Shown here in pieces: positions 10,102 through 20,659 of a stretch of 64,000 bases of DNA. The notes beneath the pieces are model-generated. The model had not been told where the DNA came from, made no database searches, and saw only the letters and a list, made by a program, of their open reading frames with translations. A program made the translations under genes and the position numbers. Each line of letters begins with the position of its first letter. Positions within the stretch are counted from its first letter, which is position 1. The DNA is from Candidatus Spongiisociaceae bacterium. GTDB lineage: Bacteria > Actinomycetota > Acidimicrobiia > Spongiisociales > Spongiisociaceae. The stretch spans positions 2,176,001-2,240,000 of the forward strand of contig OZ241841.1 of the NCBI GenBank assembly GCA_965202665.1, read 5' to 3'.

Positions 10102-10856
10102 TGGCTGGTGTATCCCCCGTCCACCGCCAGGATCTGGCCGGTGATCATCGCCGCCGCCTCCCCGGCCAGGAACAGGACCGGGCCGGCCACGTCCTCCGGT
10201 TCCCCCAGCCGCGCCATCGGGGTGCGGGACAGGAAAAAATCACGCAGTTCCGGTTCGGTCTCCCACATTTTCCGCACCAGTTCGGTGGCGATATGGCCGG
10301 GGGCCACCGCGTTCACCCGCACCCCCGCCTCCGCCCATTCCACGGCCAGGGTTCGGGTCAACTGCACCACCCCGCCTTTGGAGGCCTGGTAGCCGACGCT
10401 CCCCGGATACCCGACCAGCCCGGCGATGGAGGCGATGTTGACGATGGAGCCGCCCCCCGCCTCCGCCATTCTCCTCCCCGTCGCCCGGCACATCAGAAAA
10501 GTGCCTTTCAGGTTGACCGCCAACAACCGGTCGAAGGCCGCTTCGTCGTGGGAGACGGCCGCTCCCCGCCCGGCGATCCCGGCGCTGTTGACCAGCACGT
10601 CCAACCGGCCCCGCTCTTCGGCCAAACCGCCCACCGCTTCCTCCACCGCCTCCGCATCGGACACGTCCAGCACGCAGGCTCCGCCCCCCGTCCGGCGGGC
10701 GGTGTCGGCCGCCCCCGCCGGGTCGATGTCCAAACAGGCCACCCAGGCCCCCGCCTCCGCCAAAGCGACGGCCGCCGCCCGCCCCAGGCCGCTCCCCGCC
10801 CCGGTTACCAACGCGGTCCGGCCCGCCAGCGAAAACCGCTCCGTCACGGGACTCAC
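10098..10856 (-). CDS. Short-chain dehydrogenase/reductase
   Basis: TGAGSGLG, VNSAG, YQASKGG, VNAVAPG, VDGG; GTG start overlaps the upstream stop. Confidence 0.93.
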   Translation of the reverse strand: MSPVTERFSLAGRTALVTGAGSGLGRAAAVALAEAGAWVACLDIDPAGAADTARRTGGGACVLDVSDAEAVEEAVGGLAEERGRLDVLVNSAGIAGRGAAVSHDEAAFDRLLAVNLKGTFLMCRATGRRMAEAGGGSIVNIASIAGLVGYPGSVGYQASKGGVVQLTRTLAVEWAEAGVRVNAVAPGHIATELVRKMWETEPELRDFFLSRTPMARLGEPEDVAGPVLFLAGEAAAMITGQILAVDGGYTSQ

Positions 10857-11089
10857 GGGACGATCACCGCCAGAACGGTCCCCACCGCCACCTCGTTGTC
10901 GGAGGCGGGCACCAGAATGTTGATGACCCCCGAGGCGGGGGACTCCAAAGCCACCTCCGCTTTTTCGGTTTCCACTATCACCACCTCCTGGCCCGCGGCC
11001 ACCGCCGCTCCTCCTTCCACCAGCCATTCCAAGACGATCACCTCCTCCACCACCCCCATCTGGGGAACCGTCAGCTGCGCGCCCTCCAT
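10853..11089 (-). CDS. Stand-alone lipoyl-domain carrier protein
   Basis: 78 aa: PQMG...EWLV..G..V..GQEVVIVETEKAEVALESPASG; lipoyl-lysine in ETEKA. Confidence 0.88.
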   Translation of the reverse strand: MEGAQLTVPQMGVVEEVIVLEWLVEGGAAVAAGQEVVIVETEKAEVALESPASGVINILVPASDNEVAVGTVLAVIVP

Positions 11090-11772
11090 CAGATATGCCC
11101 GTGTTTCTCCAGGCCCTCCATCGGGGAAAGCCCGGCTTTCATGTCCTCCCGCACCCGCCCTTCGGCTGCGACTATTTCCTCCGCCCGCAGCAGCACCCGT
11201 TCCGCCTCCCGGGAGGGGACTATCAGAATCCCGTCGAATTCGCCCATCACCACATCCCCCGGATGGACGACCACTCCGCCGATTTCCACCGGGACCCCCC
11301 AAGCGGTCATCTCCCAGCGGCCGATGGCGTTCAACGGGGACAGGTCCCGGTAAAAAACCTGAAGGCCGATTTCCCGCAGTCCCTCGATGTCCCGCAAGTT
11401 GCCGTCCAGCACCACCCCCGCGCACCCCCGGCGCAGGGCCGACGTCCCGGTCAACTCCCCGAAATGCCCCACCAGCGAATCCAGGTTATGGTGCACCAGG
11501 ATGCTGTCCGGGGTGATCCGCTCGAATATTTCCAGGTAGGAGGAGATGCGCCCGATCCCTTCCTCCCATCCCACCGGCGGGTCGATGGCCTCCCCCCGCA
11601 GGGTGAAAGCGAACCCGGCCATGCGCTGTTCGGGAAACAGGGGGCGCAGGGCGGAAGGGAGCGTCGGTTCCGGCAACCCCAGGGAATACATGGCGTCGCA
11701 CACCGCCGACAGGTACAGCCGCCGGTATCGGGCGGCCATCTCCGCCGGGGAAATGGGTTTGTCGTCGTTCAT
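11089..11772 (-). CDS. RraA-family / HMG-aldolase-like protein
   Basis: AVCDAM, HFGELTG, GVVLDGNLRD, VHPGDVVMGEFDGILIVP. Confidence 0.85.
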   Translation of the reverse strand: MNDDKPISPAEMAARYRRLYLSAVCDAMYSLGLPEPTLPSALRPLFPEQRMAGFAFTLRGEAIDPPVGWEEGIGRISSYLEIFERITPDSILVHHNLDSLVGHFGELTGTSALRRGCAGVVLDGNLRDIEGLREIGLQVFYRDLSPLNAIGRWEMTAWGVPVEIGGVVVHPGDVVMGEFDGILIVPSREAERVLLRAEEIVAAEGRVREDMKAGLSPMEGLEKHGHI

Positions 11773-11782
11773 CAGGCTCCTT

Positions 11783-12967
11783 TCAGGTCGCCGCTATTCG
11801 AGCCGCCGCCGGGAGGGGGGAGCGCGCCGCGGCCGCCAGCCGCCGCACCCCTTCCGTCACATCCTCTTCGGAGGCGGCCAGGGAAATCCGCACGTAACCT
11901 TCCCCGCCCGGGCCGAACACCGACCCCGGGGCCACGCTGACGCGCCGCTCCCGCAACAAATCCAGGCAGAATTCCAGCATGGAGCGCCCGCCGGGGTCCG
12001 CCTCCGCCAGCATGTACATCGTCCCCGCCGGGCGCACCGCCCGCAAGCCCCCCCGCCGGGCCTCCTCCAAGGCCAGGTCGCGGCGGCGACGGTAGGCGGC
12101 CGTCATTTCCTCCACCGGCCGCAGAGGGCCCGCCAAGGCCGCCTCGGCCGCCTTCTGGGAGATGGTGCTGGGGCAGGAAATCACCGGCTCCTGCAGTTTG
12201 CGCAACAGTCCGGCGATGGGGCCGGGGGCGGCCGCGTATCCCACCCGCCAGCCGGTCATGGCGTAGACCTTGGAAAAACTGTACACCGAAATCACCCGGC
12301 CCTCCTCGTCGAAGACCCCGGCCGCGGTGTGGACGGCGTCTTCGTCCAGCAGCATCTGGTCGTACACTTCGTCGGACAGCAGCCACAGGTCGTGCCGGTC
12401 GCAGAAACGCACCAGGGACTCCATCGTCTCCGCCGGAAAGACCGCCCCGGTCGGATTGGAGGGGGTGTTTACGAACAGCGCCCGGGTGCGGTCGGTTACC
12501 AACCCGGCCAGCCGTTCCGGGTCGGGCAGGAACCCGTCCCCGGCGGCCAGCGGGTAGAAAACCGGCTCCCCTCCCGCCAGCCGCACCATTTCGTCCATGT
12601 TCGGAAACCCGGGGGTGGGCAAAAGGGCCTGATCCCCGTCGTCCAGCAAGGCCAGGTAGATGGTGAACAGGGCGTTCATCCCGCCCGCGGTCACCACCAC
12701 GTTGCCGGGGTCGGTCCGGTAGCCGTCCACCCGCTGGATTTTGTCGGCCAGGGCCTCCCGCAGGGACGCCAAGCCGCCGTTGGGCCCGTATCCGGTCCAA
12801 CCGGCCCGGGCCGCCGCGGCCGCCGCGTCGATGATGTGGCCGGGGGTGGTGAAAGCCGGCTCGCCCACTTCCAGCCGAATGGCCCGCGGGTCGGCGTCGG
12901 CCGCGTCGAACAGCAGGCGAATTTCGGAGGGCCGCCGGTCGGCGGCGCGGGCGGAGGGTTCTCTCAT
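11783..12967 (-). CDS. PLP-dependent aminotransferase class I/II
   Basis: LEVGEP, NTPSNPTG, SDEVY, SFSKVYAMTGWRVGY, YVRISLA; start at MREPSAR. Confidence 0.92.
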   Translation of the reverse strand: MREPSARAADRRPSEIRLLFDAADADPRAIRLEVGEPAFTTPGHIIDAAAAAARAGWTGYGPNGGLASLREALADKIQRVDGYRTDPGNVVVTAGGMNALFTIYLALLDDGDQALLPTPGFPNMDEMVRLAGGEPVFYPLAAGDGFLPDPERLAGLVTDRTRALFVNTPSNPTGAVFPAETMESLVRFCDRHDLWLLSDEVYDQMLLDEDAVHTAAGVFDEEGRVISVYSFSKVYAMTGWRVGYAAAPGPIAGLLRKLQEPVISCPSTISQKAAEAALAGPLRPVEEMTAAYRRRRDLALEEARRGGLRAVRPAGTMYMLAEADPGGRSMLEFCLDLLRERRVSVAPGSVFGPGGEGYVRISLAASEEDVTEGVRRLAAAARSPLPAAARIAAT

Positions 12968-12978
12968 AGCCGGACGGG

Positions 12979-13539
12979 TCAGCGGCGGGCGGAGGCTTTG
13001 GCTTCCAGGTCGGGGCGCTGGCCGGGGTCGAAGTAGCGCAGGGCCCAGTCCGCCCCCTGCCAGGTGATCAGCCGCCCGTCGCGGGGGGCCAGCCGCACCA
13101 GGTAGCGGTCCCAATCCCAGGAGGCTTTCAGCTGTTCGGGGCCGGAGGGCCCGGTGTAGCGGACGGCCATCTCCTCGGCGATGGGAACCCACTGCGAACC
13201 TTCCCCTTTGGCGGGCCCCTCCGCGATCTCCGCCCGGCACTGGGCCAGCACTTTGCGGATGCGGGGGTGGGCGGTCTCTTCTATGCAGATCGCGCACTGC
13301 GGGTTGCGGGCCAGGTCCCGCACCCATTCGGAACGTTTGCGCCCCACCACGTAGAAGGCCTCCCCGTCCCACTGGTACCACAGGGGCACGATCATCGGCC
13401 AGCCGTCCGGTTTGACGACCGCCAGTTTCAACAGCCAGGTGCTGTCCGGGCCGGCCAGAAACTCCTCTATTTGGGAGTCGGGGATGCCGCCCGCGTCCGA
13501 ACCTTCCTCGTAGTAACGATCCTGTTTGAAGTCGCCCAT
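12979..13539 (-). CDS. Pyridoxamine 5'-phosphate oxidase-like (PPOX class, possibly F420-dependent) protein
   Basis: LAVVKPDGWPMIVPLWY.WDG, LARNPQCAICI; AGGAGGG upstream of MGDFKQ. Confidence 0.8.
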   Translation of the reverse strand: MGDFKQDRYYEEGSDAGGIPDSQIEEFLAGPDSTWLLKLAVVKPDGWPMIVPLWYQWDGEAFYVVGRKRSEWVRDLARNPQCAICIEETAHPRIRKVLAQCRAEIAEGPAKGEGSQWVPIAEEMAVRYTGPSGPEQLKASWDWDRYLVRLAPRDGRLITWQGADWALRYFDPGQRPDLEAKASARR

Positions 13540-13637
13540 AACGCCCTCCTGCCGCGGGTAATGCCGGTTTTTGTCCCCTCCCCATAGTAGCCTGCGCCGC
13601 ATAGGCGGGCGGGATAGAAAGACCATAGGAGACGCCG

Positions 13638-15800
13638 ATGTCCGGTTTGGCAAAACGTGGGGGATGGGCCCCGGTCCTGTTGGCGTTGGCGATGGTTGCA
13701 GGCTTGGCCGCTCCGGGGACGGCCCAGACTCCGCCGGCCGACGGGGTGGGAAGGGCCGACAACCGGGCCGAATATTCGGCCTGCGTGGGGGCGGCTTATC
13801 TGGAACCGGGCGTCTCCGGGCCTTTTCTGGACGTGCGCGGCTGGAACCTGGAGGACGAAATTTTCTGCGTGGCCCATTACGGGATAACCGAAGGCCGCAC
13901 CCCCACGACCTATTCCCCGACCGAGCCCACCCTGCGCTGGCAGATGGCCCTGTTCCTGTACCGGGCGGCGATGCCGGCCGGCATAGTTTTGCCCAGACCC
14001 GCCCGCGACCAGGGTTTCACCGACATCGGAGGCTTGTCCGACGAAGCTTGGCAGGCGGTTAATTCCCTGGCCGAGATGGGGATCATGACCGGCGAAGACG
14101 GCCTGTTCAGCCCCAACCTCCCCGTGTCCCGTAGTTCCATGGCCCGGTTGATGGCCGCTTTTCTGCGGGTGTCCACCCCCGGGACCGGGGCGTACGGTCC
14201 CGCCGCCCGGTTGCAGGACATCAGGCCGGACAACACCGTTTTCACCGACACCGAAGACTTGTTCGCCGGGGCCTACCGGGACATTGAGCTGATCTACGAG
14301 CTGGGGATCACCGAAGGCAAAACCGTCACCACCTACGCCCCCGACGATTCGGTCACCCGGGGGCAGATGGCCGCTTTCATCACCCGCATGCTGTCCCACA
14401 CTTTGGCCCGCCCGATCGGGGTGTCGGTGCAGGTGGGGTCGGGGCAGGGGGCGGAGGTGGAAGTGACGGCCTCGGTGCGGGATGTGAGTTACCAGCCCCG
14501 GCGGGACGTTCCGGTGGATATGTTCTGGATCGGGGACCCGGACGGCACGTTCTCCACCGCCCGCACCTGCCCCCGCGACGCCGATGAGGTCGGTTCGGGA
14601 GCCCGGTTGTGCGAAATCGACGACGACGACGACCGAACCAACGCCGCCGGGGATGTGGTGACGACCATCACCCAAACCTCGGCTGGCAAGGTTTGGGCCT
14701 GGACCGGGAAAAAAGGGGACCGGGTCCGCACAGCCCCGGTGGGGACGCTCAGCGGCTCCCAAGGGGTGGGCTCGGCCCGAGTGGCCGCCGGGTTGAAAGT
14801 GTCCGACAGCCTGGCGGAAAACCAACAGAAACTGAAATACGGCCGCCCGGTCACTTTCATCCTGCAGGTGGTGGACGAAGACGGCGCCCCCTTGGATCTG
14901 AGGGACATCGGGATAAGAATCTCCTCCACCGAAGTCGCCCCCTCCGGGGGGACCGGTTCCCGAACCGATGTCCGCACCCACCGCACCGACGACCGGGGGC
15001 AAATCAACCTCACGTACACGCAGACGGATCCGGATATCAGCCGCGCCGACGGGGACGCCCGGCTGACGCTCACCCTCTACGCCGACACCATCAGCCAGGA
15101 CCTGCAACTGGAGGACGACACCACCAACGGGTTGGTAGTGGCGGGGGGAGCGGCGGAGGAGGCGGAGGTGTCGTGGTCGGACGATGAGCCGGAGGCGGCC
15201 GCCTTGGTGCTGGACCAGATGGAGGCCCACCATCCGGCCTCCGCCGCCGGCCGGGGCGCGGCCAACCGGGTGACCGCCACCGTCATCGACCAGTACGGAA
15301 ACCGGTTCAGCGGAGTGCGGCGGGTGTTCTTCGACTCCGACGACCCGGACGGGGTCGGCCAAGCGGCGGCCGCCGGGGCCGGTTCTTTGCGGCGCACCAC
15401 CACCCGGGGCGGGATCGCCACCCTGGACTACCAGCGGGATTCGGCGGACAGCGGGGTGGAAATCATCCGGGCCTGGGTGGACCGGCAGGACGGCCCCCGG
15501 CTGGACTCCAACGATTTGGCCCACTATTGGACCAAATCCCCGGCCGGTTTGGAAAGGCGCTCCGCGGTCGGCTCGTTGCGGTTGATCGACGCCGACGCCG
15601 ACTGGTTGGTTTTCGAAGACAACGGGCGGGAGGTGTGGGCGGCCTCCTACGACTCCAACGACCGGTTCATCGGCCGCTCCGGCCTGGGCATTCCCCTGGC
15701 CGAATTCGAGAACCAACTGCGGGATGCGGTGGGGCGCCGGATAACGGTGGACGGCTACTCGGAGAGCCCCTCCGGGAGCAGCCGTTTCATCCTCGGCTGA
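13638..15800 (+). CDS. Secreted SLH-domain (S-layer-like) protein
   Basis: Signal peptide; three SLH-like repeats (LRWQMALFLYR, VSRSSMARLM, VTRGQMAAFITR); AGGAG RBS. Confidence 0.85.
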   Translation: MSGLAKRGGWAPVLLALAMVAGLAAPGTAQTPPADGVGRADNRAEYSACVGAAYLEPGVSGPFLDVRGWNLEDEIFCVAHYGITEGRTPTTYSPTEPTLRWQMALFLYRAAMPAGIVLPRPARDQGFTDIGGLSDEAWQAVNSLAEMGIMTGEDGLFSPNLPVSRSSMARLMAAFLRVSTPGTGAYGPAARLQDIRPDNTVFTDTEDLFAGAYRDIELIYELGITEGKTVTTYAPDDSVTRGQMAAFITRMLSHTLARPIGVSVQVGSGQGAEVEVTASVRDVSYQPRRDVPVDMFWIGDPDGTFSTARTCPRDADEVGSGARLCEIDDDDDRTNAAGDVVTTITQTSAGKVWAWTGKKGDRVRTAPVGTLSGSQGVGSARVAAGLKVSDSLAENQQKLKYGRPVTFILQVVDEDGAPLDLRDIGIRISSTEVAPSGGTGSRTDVRTHRTDDRGQINLTYTQTDPDISRADGDARLTLTLYADTISQDLQLEDDTTNGLVVAGGAAEEAEVSWSDDEPEAAALVLDQMEAHHPASAAGRGAANRVTATVIDQYGNRFSGVRRVFFDSDDPDGVGQAAAAGAGSLRRTTTRGGIATLDYQRDSADSGVEIIRAWVDRQDGPRLDSNDLAHYWTKSPAGLERRSAVGSLRLIDADADWLVFEDNGREVWAASYDSNDRFIGRSGLGIPLAEFENQLRDAVGRRITVDGYSESPSGSSRFILG

Positions 15801-15912
15801 ACGGCGGGTTTAGGTTTTGCCCTGATTGCCCGGCGGGGGCCGGTTCGCTAGTGTATAATCGGACGGACGTTCCCGGTCGGACGCCGGGGTTAGGTAATAG
15901 GAGGAACCAGTC

Positions 15913-17712
15913 ATGAACGAAACTTGGATGGGCGAAGAGGCCGCCCCGCCGGAGATCGCCGAGCTGACGGCCGGCTATAAGGAGAAGCGGATCAGCCGCC
16001 GGCAGTTTATGAAGAGGGCGGCGGCGGCCGGGATCGGAGCGGCCGCGGCGGCTTCCATTCTGGCGGCCTGCGGCTCTGATGACCCGGCTCCCACCACCAC
16101 TACCGAAGCCGCCGCCGCGCAGGAAACGACCACCACCGCCGCCGCTACCACCACCACGGAAGCGGAGATGACGGGGCCGGCCGTCGGCGGAACGTTGCGG
16201 GAAGGCTACAACCGGGACGTTTCCAAGCACGACCCGCTGACCACCAACTGGTACGACCCGGCCTTCTTCGCCGTTTACGAGGCGATTTTGACCAACAACC
16301 CCGCCGGGGAGTCGGTGCCGCAGTTCGCTTCCGACTTTTCGGTGTCCGACGACGGCTTGGAATACCGGTTCACCATCCCGGAGGGGAAACTTTCCCATTC
16401 CGGGGGGACCATCAACGCCGAGATGGTGGCCGAATTTTACCGCTCCGTCCAGCAGTACAGCTTCGTGGCCGGTTTGGCCGCCCCGGTGGACACCTACGTA
16501 GCGGAGGGCAACGAGGTGGTGGTGAAGATGAAGAACGCCTGGATCGGCGCTCTGGGGCCGCACAAGACCGGCTACTGGCGGATCATCAACATCAACACCT
16601 GGAAGGAACTGTCTTTGACGGCCGAAGGGGAACTGGACGCCGGTTCCACCTACGGAACGGCAGTGGCGGACGGCACCGGGCCTTTCACCCACGAAGAGTG
16701 GGTGCCGGGCAGCCATGTGCTGGTGCGGCGCTGGGATGACTATCCGGGCACTTTGACCCCCTTCTTCGAAAACAAGGGGACCGCCTACCTGGACGCCATC
16801 CGCTGGTCGGTGATCACCGAAGGCGGGCAGCGGGCCACCCAGTTGGAGAACGGCGACATCGACACCCTGATCAACCCGCAGCATCAGGACATCGGCCGGT
16901 TGGAGACCAACCCGGATCTGACCGTCATCCGCCATCCGGAATGGTCCGGCTACCACCTGTCGATGAACCGGGACTACGACGAGTTCTTCGGCGACCGGTT
17001 GACCCGCCAGGGTTTGTCGCACGCTTTGGACCGGGAGGGAATGGTGGAGGCGCTCCTCTACGGCAACGGGGCCGCCACCTACGGGCCGTTCCCCACCACC
17101 GACCGGCAGTACGACCCGGCGGTGGAGCAGTTCAACCAGTTCGACGTGGATCTGGCCAACCAAAAACTGGACGAGGCGGGATGGACGGTGGGCTCCGACG
17201 GCGTGCGGGAACGCAACGGGGTGCGCTTCGAGTTCCGCTACGCGGTGGAGGACGAAACCACGCAGAGGGCGGTGGCGGAGGCGGTGGCCGCCCAGTTCTC
17301 CCAAGTGGGGGTGCGGGCCAACCTGGATGTGATCGACCGGGCCCTGCACTTCGCCGAGATCAGCGCCCCCGGCCGGGATTCGGCGGAAATGGCCCTCTTC
17401 TTCTGGCTGTGGCCCATCCCCCTGGACGTGCTGATTCTGTTCAGCGGCGAAATCTTCGTCCCGGTGCCCAACTTCTCGCACGCCATCGAGCCGCGCATCG
17501 AGCAGGCCATCGCCGACTGGCAAACCTCGGCCAACGAAGCGGAGGCCCAGGCCGCCTCTTCGGCCTTCCAGTTGGCGTGGGCGGAGGAGTTGCCCTACCT
17601 GCCGCTGATGAACCAGAACGCCACTTTCGTGCATCACAACCGGGTGCACGGCTGGCAGCCGTTCGTATGGAACCTGTATCCGTACTACAACGACACCTGG
17701 ATCGAGGCTTAA
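15913..17712 (+). CDS. Peptide/nickel-type ABC transporter substrate-binding lipoprotein (Tat signal)
   Basis: SRRQFMK Tat motif, lipobox LAAC, GTGPF, LDEAGW, ELPYLPL. Confidence 0.92.
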   Translation: MNETWMGEEAAPPEIAELTAGYKEKRISRRQFMKRAAAAGIGAAAAASILAACGSDDPAPTTTTEAAAAQETTTTAAATTTTEAEMTGPAVGGTLREGYNRDVSKHDPLTTNWYDPAFFAVYEAILTNNPAGESVPQFASDFSVSDDGLEYRFTIPEGKLSHSGGTINAEMVAEFYRSVQQYSFVAGLAAPVDTYVAEGNEVVVKMKNAWIGALGPHKTGYWRIININTWKELSLTAEGELDAGSTYGTAVADGTGPFTHEEWVPGSHVLVRRWDDYPGTLTPFFENKGTAYLDAIRWSVITEGGQRATQLENGDIDTLINPQHQDIGRLETNPDLTVIRHPEWSGYHLSMNRDYDEFFGDRLTRQGLSHALDREGMVEALLYGNGAATYGPFPTTDRQYDPAVEQFNQFDVDLANQKLDEAGWTVGSDGVRERNGVRFEFRYAVEDETTQRAVAEAVAAQFSQVGVRANLDVIDRALHFAEISAPGRDSAEMALFFWLWPIPLDVLILFSGEIFVPVPNFSHAIEPRIEQAIADWQTSANEAEAQAASSAFQLAWAEELPYLPLMNQNATFVHHNRVHGWQPFVWNLYPYYNDTWIEA

Positions 17713-17725
17713 GTTACGTATGAGC

Positions 17726-17750
17726 GGGGGGCGGTTCCGTTCCGCCCCCC
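17726..17750 (+). promoter_or_regulatory. GC-rich intercistronic hairpin after the substrate-binding protein gene
   Basis: GGGGGGCGG-7 nt-CCGCCCCCC without a U tract; position typical of mRNA-stabilising stems. Confidence 0.5.
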
Positions 17751-17769
17751 TCGTCGATAGGGAACGCCG

Positions 17770-18714
17770 ATGACATCGGACGCGGAGACCGCCCCTCGGT
17801 TGGAAGATTGGAACGAACGGCTGGCCGCATACGAGGCGGCCCGGCACATGGGGGCTTTCCGTTCCGCTCTGCGCCGCATGCGGTTCAACAAGCTGTTGCT
17901 GATCGGCGTGGCGTTGGCGATTCTGGTGCTGGCGGCGGGCATCCTGGGTCCGGTCATCTCCGGGGTGGACCACACCTTGCAGAGTTTCCGGGACACCCAT
18001 CTCCCCCCCGGTTCCCCCGGTCATCTGCTGGGCACCGACCATCTGGGCCGGGACGTGGCCGCCCGCCTGTTCATCGGCATCCGGGTCAGCCTGTTGGTGG
18101 CGGCCGGGGTGACTTTGCTGTCGCTGATCCTGGGGTTGCTGTTGGGAATGTTCGCCGGCTACCTGGGGGGGTGGCGGGACCGCACCATCCGGGGGGTGGT
18201 GGACTTCGTGTGGGGGTTCCCGCTCATTTTGGTGGCGGTGCTGCTGGCGGGCGGCTTGGGCGGAGGGCTGTTTCCGGTGATTCTGGCGGTGGGGCTGGTC
18301 AACACGGCCGCCATCGCCCGGGTGGTGCGGGGGGAGGTGCTGGCCCTCAGCGAACGGGAGTTCATCGAAGCGGCCCGGGCGGGCGGGCTGTCCACCCCCC
18401 GCATAATGTTCAAGCACATTTTCCCCAACATCCTGGCCCCCGCCCTGGTGCTGGCCTCCTACTACGTGGCGGTGGCCATCATCGCCGAAGCGGCCCTGTC
18501 TTTCATCGGCCTGGGCGCCCAGCCCCCCACCCCCAGCCTGGGGGGGATGGTGTCCGACGGGCGCAACTTCCTGCAGCAGAACCATTGGGAGTCCACCATC
18601 CCCGGCCTGGCCATCATGTTGCTGGTGTTGGCGGTGTCCCTGATCGGGGACGGCCTGCGGGACGTCTTCGACCCCCGGTTGCGGCATGAGGCCAAAGGGG
18701 TGGAAAGCCAATGA
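17770..18714 (+). CDS. Peptide ABC transporter permease (DppC/OppC-like)
   Basis: HLLGTDHLGRD, EFIEAARAGG, HIFPN, GDGLRDVFDPR. Confidence 0.94.
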   Translation: MTSDAETAPRLEDWNERLAAYEAARHMGAFRSALRRMRFNKLLLIGVALAILVLAAGILGPVISGVDHTLQSFRDTHLPPGSPGHLLGTDHLGRDVAARLFIGIRVSLLVAAGVTLLSLILGLLLGMFAGYLGGWRDRTIRGVVDFVWGFPLILVAVLLAGGLGGGLFPVILAVGLVNTAAIARVVRGEVLALSEREFIEAARAGGLSTPRIMFKHIFPNILAPALVLASYYVAVAIIAEAALSFIGLGAQPPTPSLGGMVSDGRNFLQQNHWESTIPGLAIMLLVLAVSLIGDGLRDVFDPRLRHEAKGVESQ

Positions 18715-19628
18715 AAACCCTGGTCGCCCGCACCGTCTACATGGTGGTGGTTTTGGTGTTGTCCTCCATCGCCGTGTTCTACGCCATCCGCCTGTCCGGG
18801 GGGGACGTGACCGCCGCCCGGTTGCCCGCCTCCGCCAGTTTCGAACAGCGGGAGGCCTTCAAAGAGCAACTGGGTTTGAACGACCCCATCTACGAGCAGT
18901 ATTTCAACTACATGGGGCGGGTGCTGAGCGGCGACCTGGGTTCTTCGCTCACCAACAACGCCCGCATTTCCGACCTGTTGCTCACCCACGGACGCAACAG
19001 CCTCATTCTGGGGGCGGCCGCCTTCGTGTTGGTGTTCGCCATCGGGATTCCGCTGGGAATGCTGGCTTCCCTGCGGCGAAATTCGTGGTGGGACGGGGGG
19101 ATTATGTCCTTTTCGGTGGCGGGGATGGCCGTTCCCAACTTTTGGCTGGCCCTGCTGGCGGTGTGGTTGTTCGCCTCGGTGCTGGGCTGGTTCCCTTCGG
19201 CGGGTTGCTGCAGCCCCCGCCAGTTGGTCCTGCCGGCGGTGGTGCTGGCCATGGAGGGAATCGCCCTCACGGTGCGGATGACCCGCTCGGCGATGCTGGA
19301 AAACCTCAACCAGGACTTCGTGCGCACCCTGCGGGCGGGCGGGCTGGGGGAGGTTTCGGTGATCGGACGGCACGTGTTCCGCAACGCCCTGGTGCCCATC
19401 GTGTCCCTGGCCGGGTTGCGCATCGGGCAGATAGTGGGCTACGCCCTGGTGGTGGAAACCATATTCGGCTGGCCCGGTTTGGGCCAAGTGCTGGTCAACG
19501 CGGTGTTGCGGCGGGACTATCCGGTGGCCCAGTTCTTCTCCCTGGTGCTGGTGACCATCGTGCTGTTGGGCAACTGGCTGGCCGATGTGGGATACACGAT
19601 GGTCAATCCCCGGCTGAGGAAAGCCTGA
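18711..19628 (+). CDS. Peptide ABC transporter permease (DppB/OppB-like)
   Basis: LGLNDP, GDLGSS, PNFWL, HVFRNAL, VETIFGWPGLG, RDYPV, NPRLR. Confidence 0.94.
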   Translation: MKTLVARTVYMVVVLVLSSIAVFYAIRLSGGDVTAARLPASASFEQREAFKEQLGLNDPIYEQYFNYMGRVLSGDLGSSLTNNARISDLLLTHGRNSLILGAAAFVLVFAIGIPLGMLASLRRNSWWDGGIMSFSVAGMAVPNFWLALLAVWLFASVLGWFPSAGCCSPRQLVLPAVVLAMEGIALTVRMTRSAMLENLNQDFVRTLRAGGLGEVSVIGRHVFRNALVPIVSLAGLRIGQIVGYALVVETIFGWPGLGQVLVNAVLRRDYPVAQFFSLVLVTIVLLGNWLADVGYTMVNPRLRKA

Positions 19629-20659
19629 TGGCCGCCGCCGACTCCGGGGCGGCGGTGGCGGAGGCCCCGGCTCCGGCCGGGGGCGGCGGGTCGCTCCTGT
19701 CCATCCGCGGTTTGCGCACCGCGGTGACCGGCGGCGGGGAAACCTTCGACATCGTGCGCGACCTGTCCCTGGATTTGTTCCCCAACGAAATTCTGTGCCT
19801 GGTGGGGGAGAGCGGGTGCGGCAAAAGCATCACCGCCCTGTCGGTCATGCGGCTGTTGCCCACCCCGCCGGTGCAGGTGCGCTCCGGGGAGATTCTCTAC
19901 GAAGGGCGGGATCTGCTGGCCCTGCGGGCGGCGGAAATGCGGGACATCCGCGCCGACCGTATTTCCATGATTTTCCAAGATCCGCTGACTTCCCTGGATC
20001 CGGTGTTCACGGTGGGCGGGGTGATGACCGAAGTCATTCAGGCCCACCGTCCGGCGGAGCGGGCGCAGGCCGAAGAGATGGCGGTGGCCGCCCTCGCCGA
20101 AGTGGGCCTGCCCGACCCGGCCGCCCGCATGCGCTCCTACCCCCACGAGTTGTCGGGGGGGATGCGGCAACGGGTGATGATCGCCATGGCCCTGGTGCTG
20201 GACCCCGACATCCTGATCGCCGATGAGCCCACCACCGCCCTGGACGTGACCGTCCAGGCCCAGATTTTGGACAAACTGACCAGCGAACAGCGCCGGCGGG
20301 GAATGTCCATGTTGCTCATCACCCACGACTTGGCGGTGGTGGCCGCGGTGGCCGACCGGGTGGCGGTGATGTACGCCGGGGAGATAGTGGAGCAGGCCCC
20401 GGTGGTGGAACTGTTCGACCACCCCCGCCATCCTTACACGCAGGGGCTGTTGCGGGCCCTGCCCCATGTGAGCGCCACCCGCCACCGCCTGCATCCCATC
20501 CGGGGGGTGGTGCCGCCTCCGCAACTGATGCCGGAGGGGTGCCGGTTCGCCCCCCGTTGCCCGCACGCCCTGGACCGGTGCTGGAGCGACCCCCCGCAGT
20601 TGGCGGAGGAGGAGGGGCGGGCTTTGCGCTGTTTTAACCCGCAACCGTTCGTCCGATGA
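19628..20659 (+). CDS. Peptide ABC transporter ATPase (DppD/OppD-like)
   Basis: [43 protein letters not shown]; TGATG overlap at 19626-19630. Confidence 0.95.
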   Translation: MAAADSGAAVAEAPAPAGGGGSLLSIRGLRTAVTGGGETFDIVRDLSLDLFPNEILCLVGESGCGKSITALSVMRLLPTPPVQVRSGEILYEGRDLLALRAAEMRDIRADRISMIFQDPLTSLDPVFTVGGVMTEVIQAHRPAERAQAEEMAVAALAEVGLPDPAARMRSYPHELSGGMRQRVMIAMALVLDPDILIADEPTTALDVTVQAQILDKLTSEQRRRGMSMLLITHDLAVVAAVADRVAVMYAGEIVEQAPVVELFDHPRHPYTQGLLRALPHVSATRHRLHPIRGVVPPPQLMPEGCRFAPRCPHALDRCWSDPPQLAEEEGRALRCFNPQPFVR

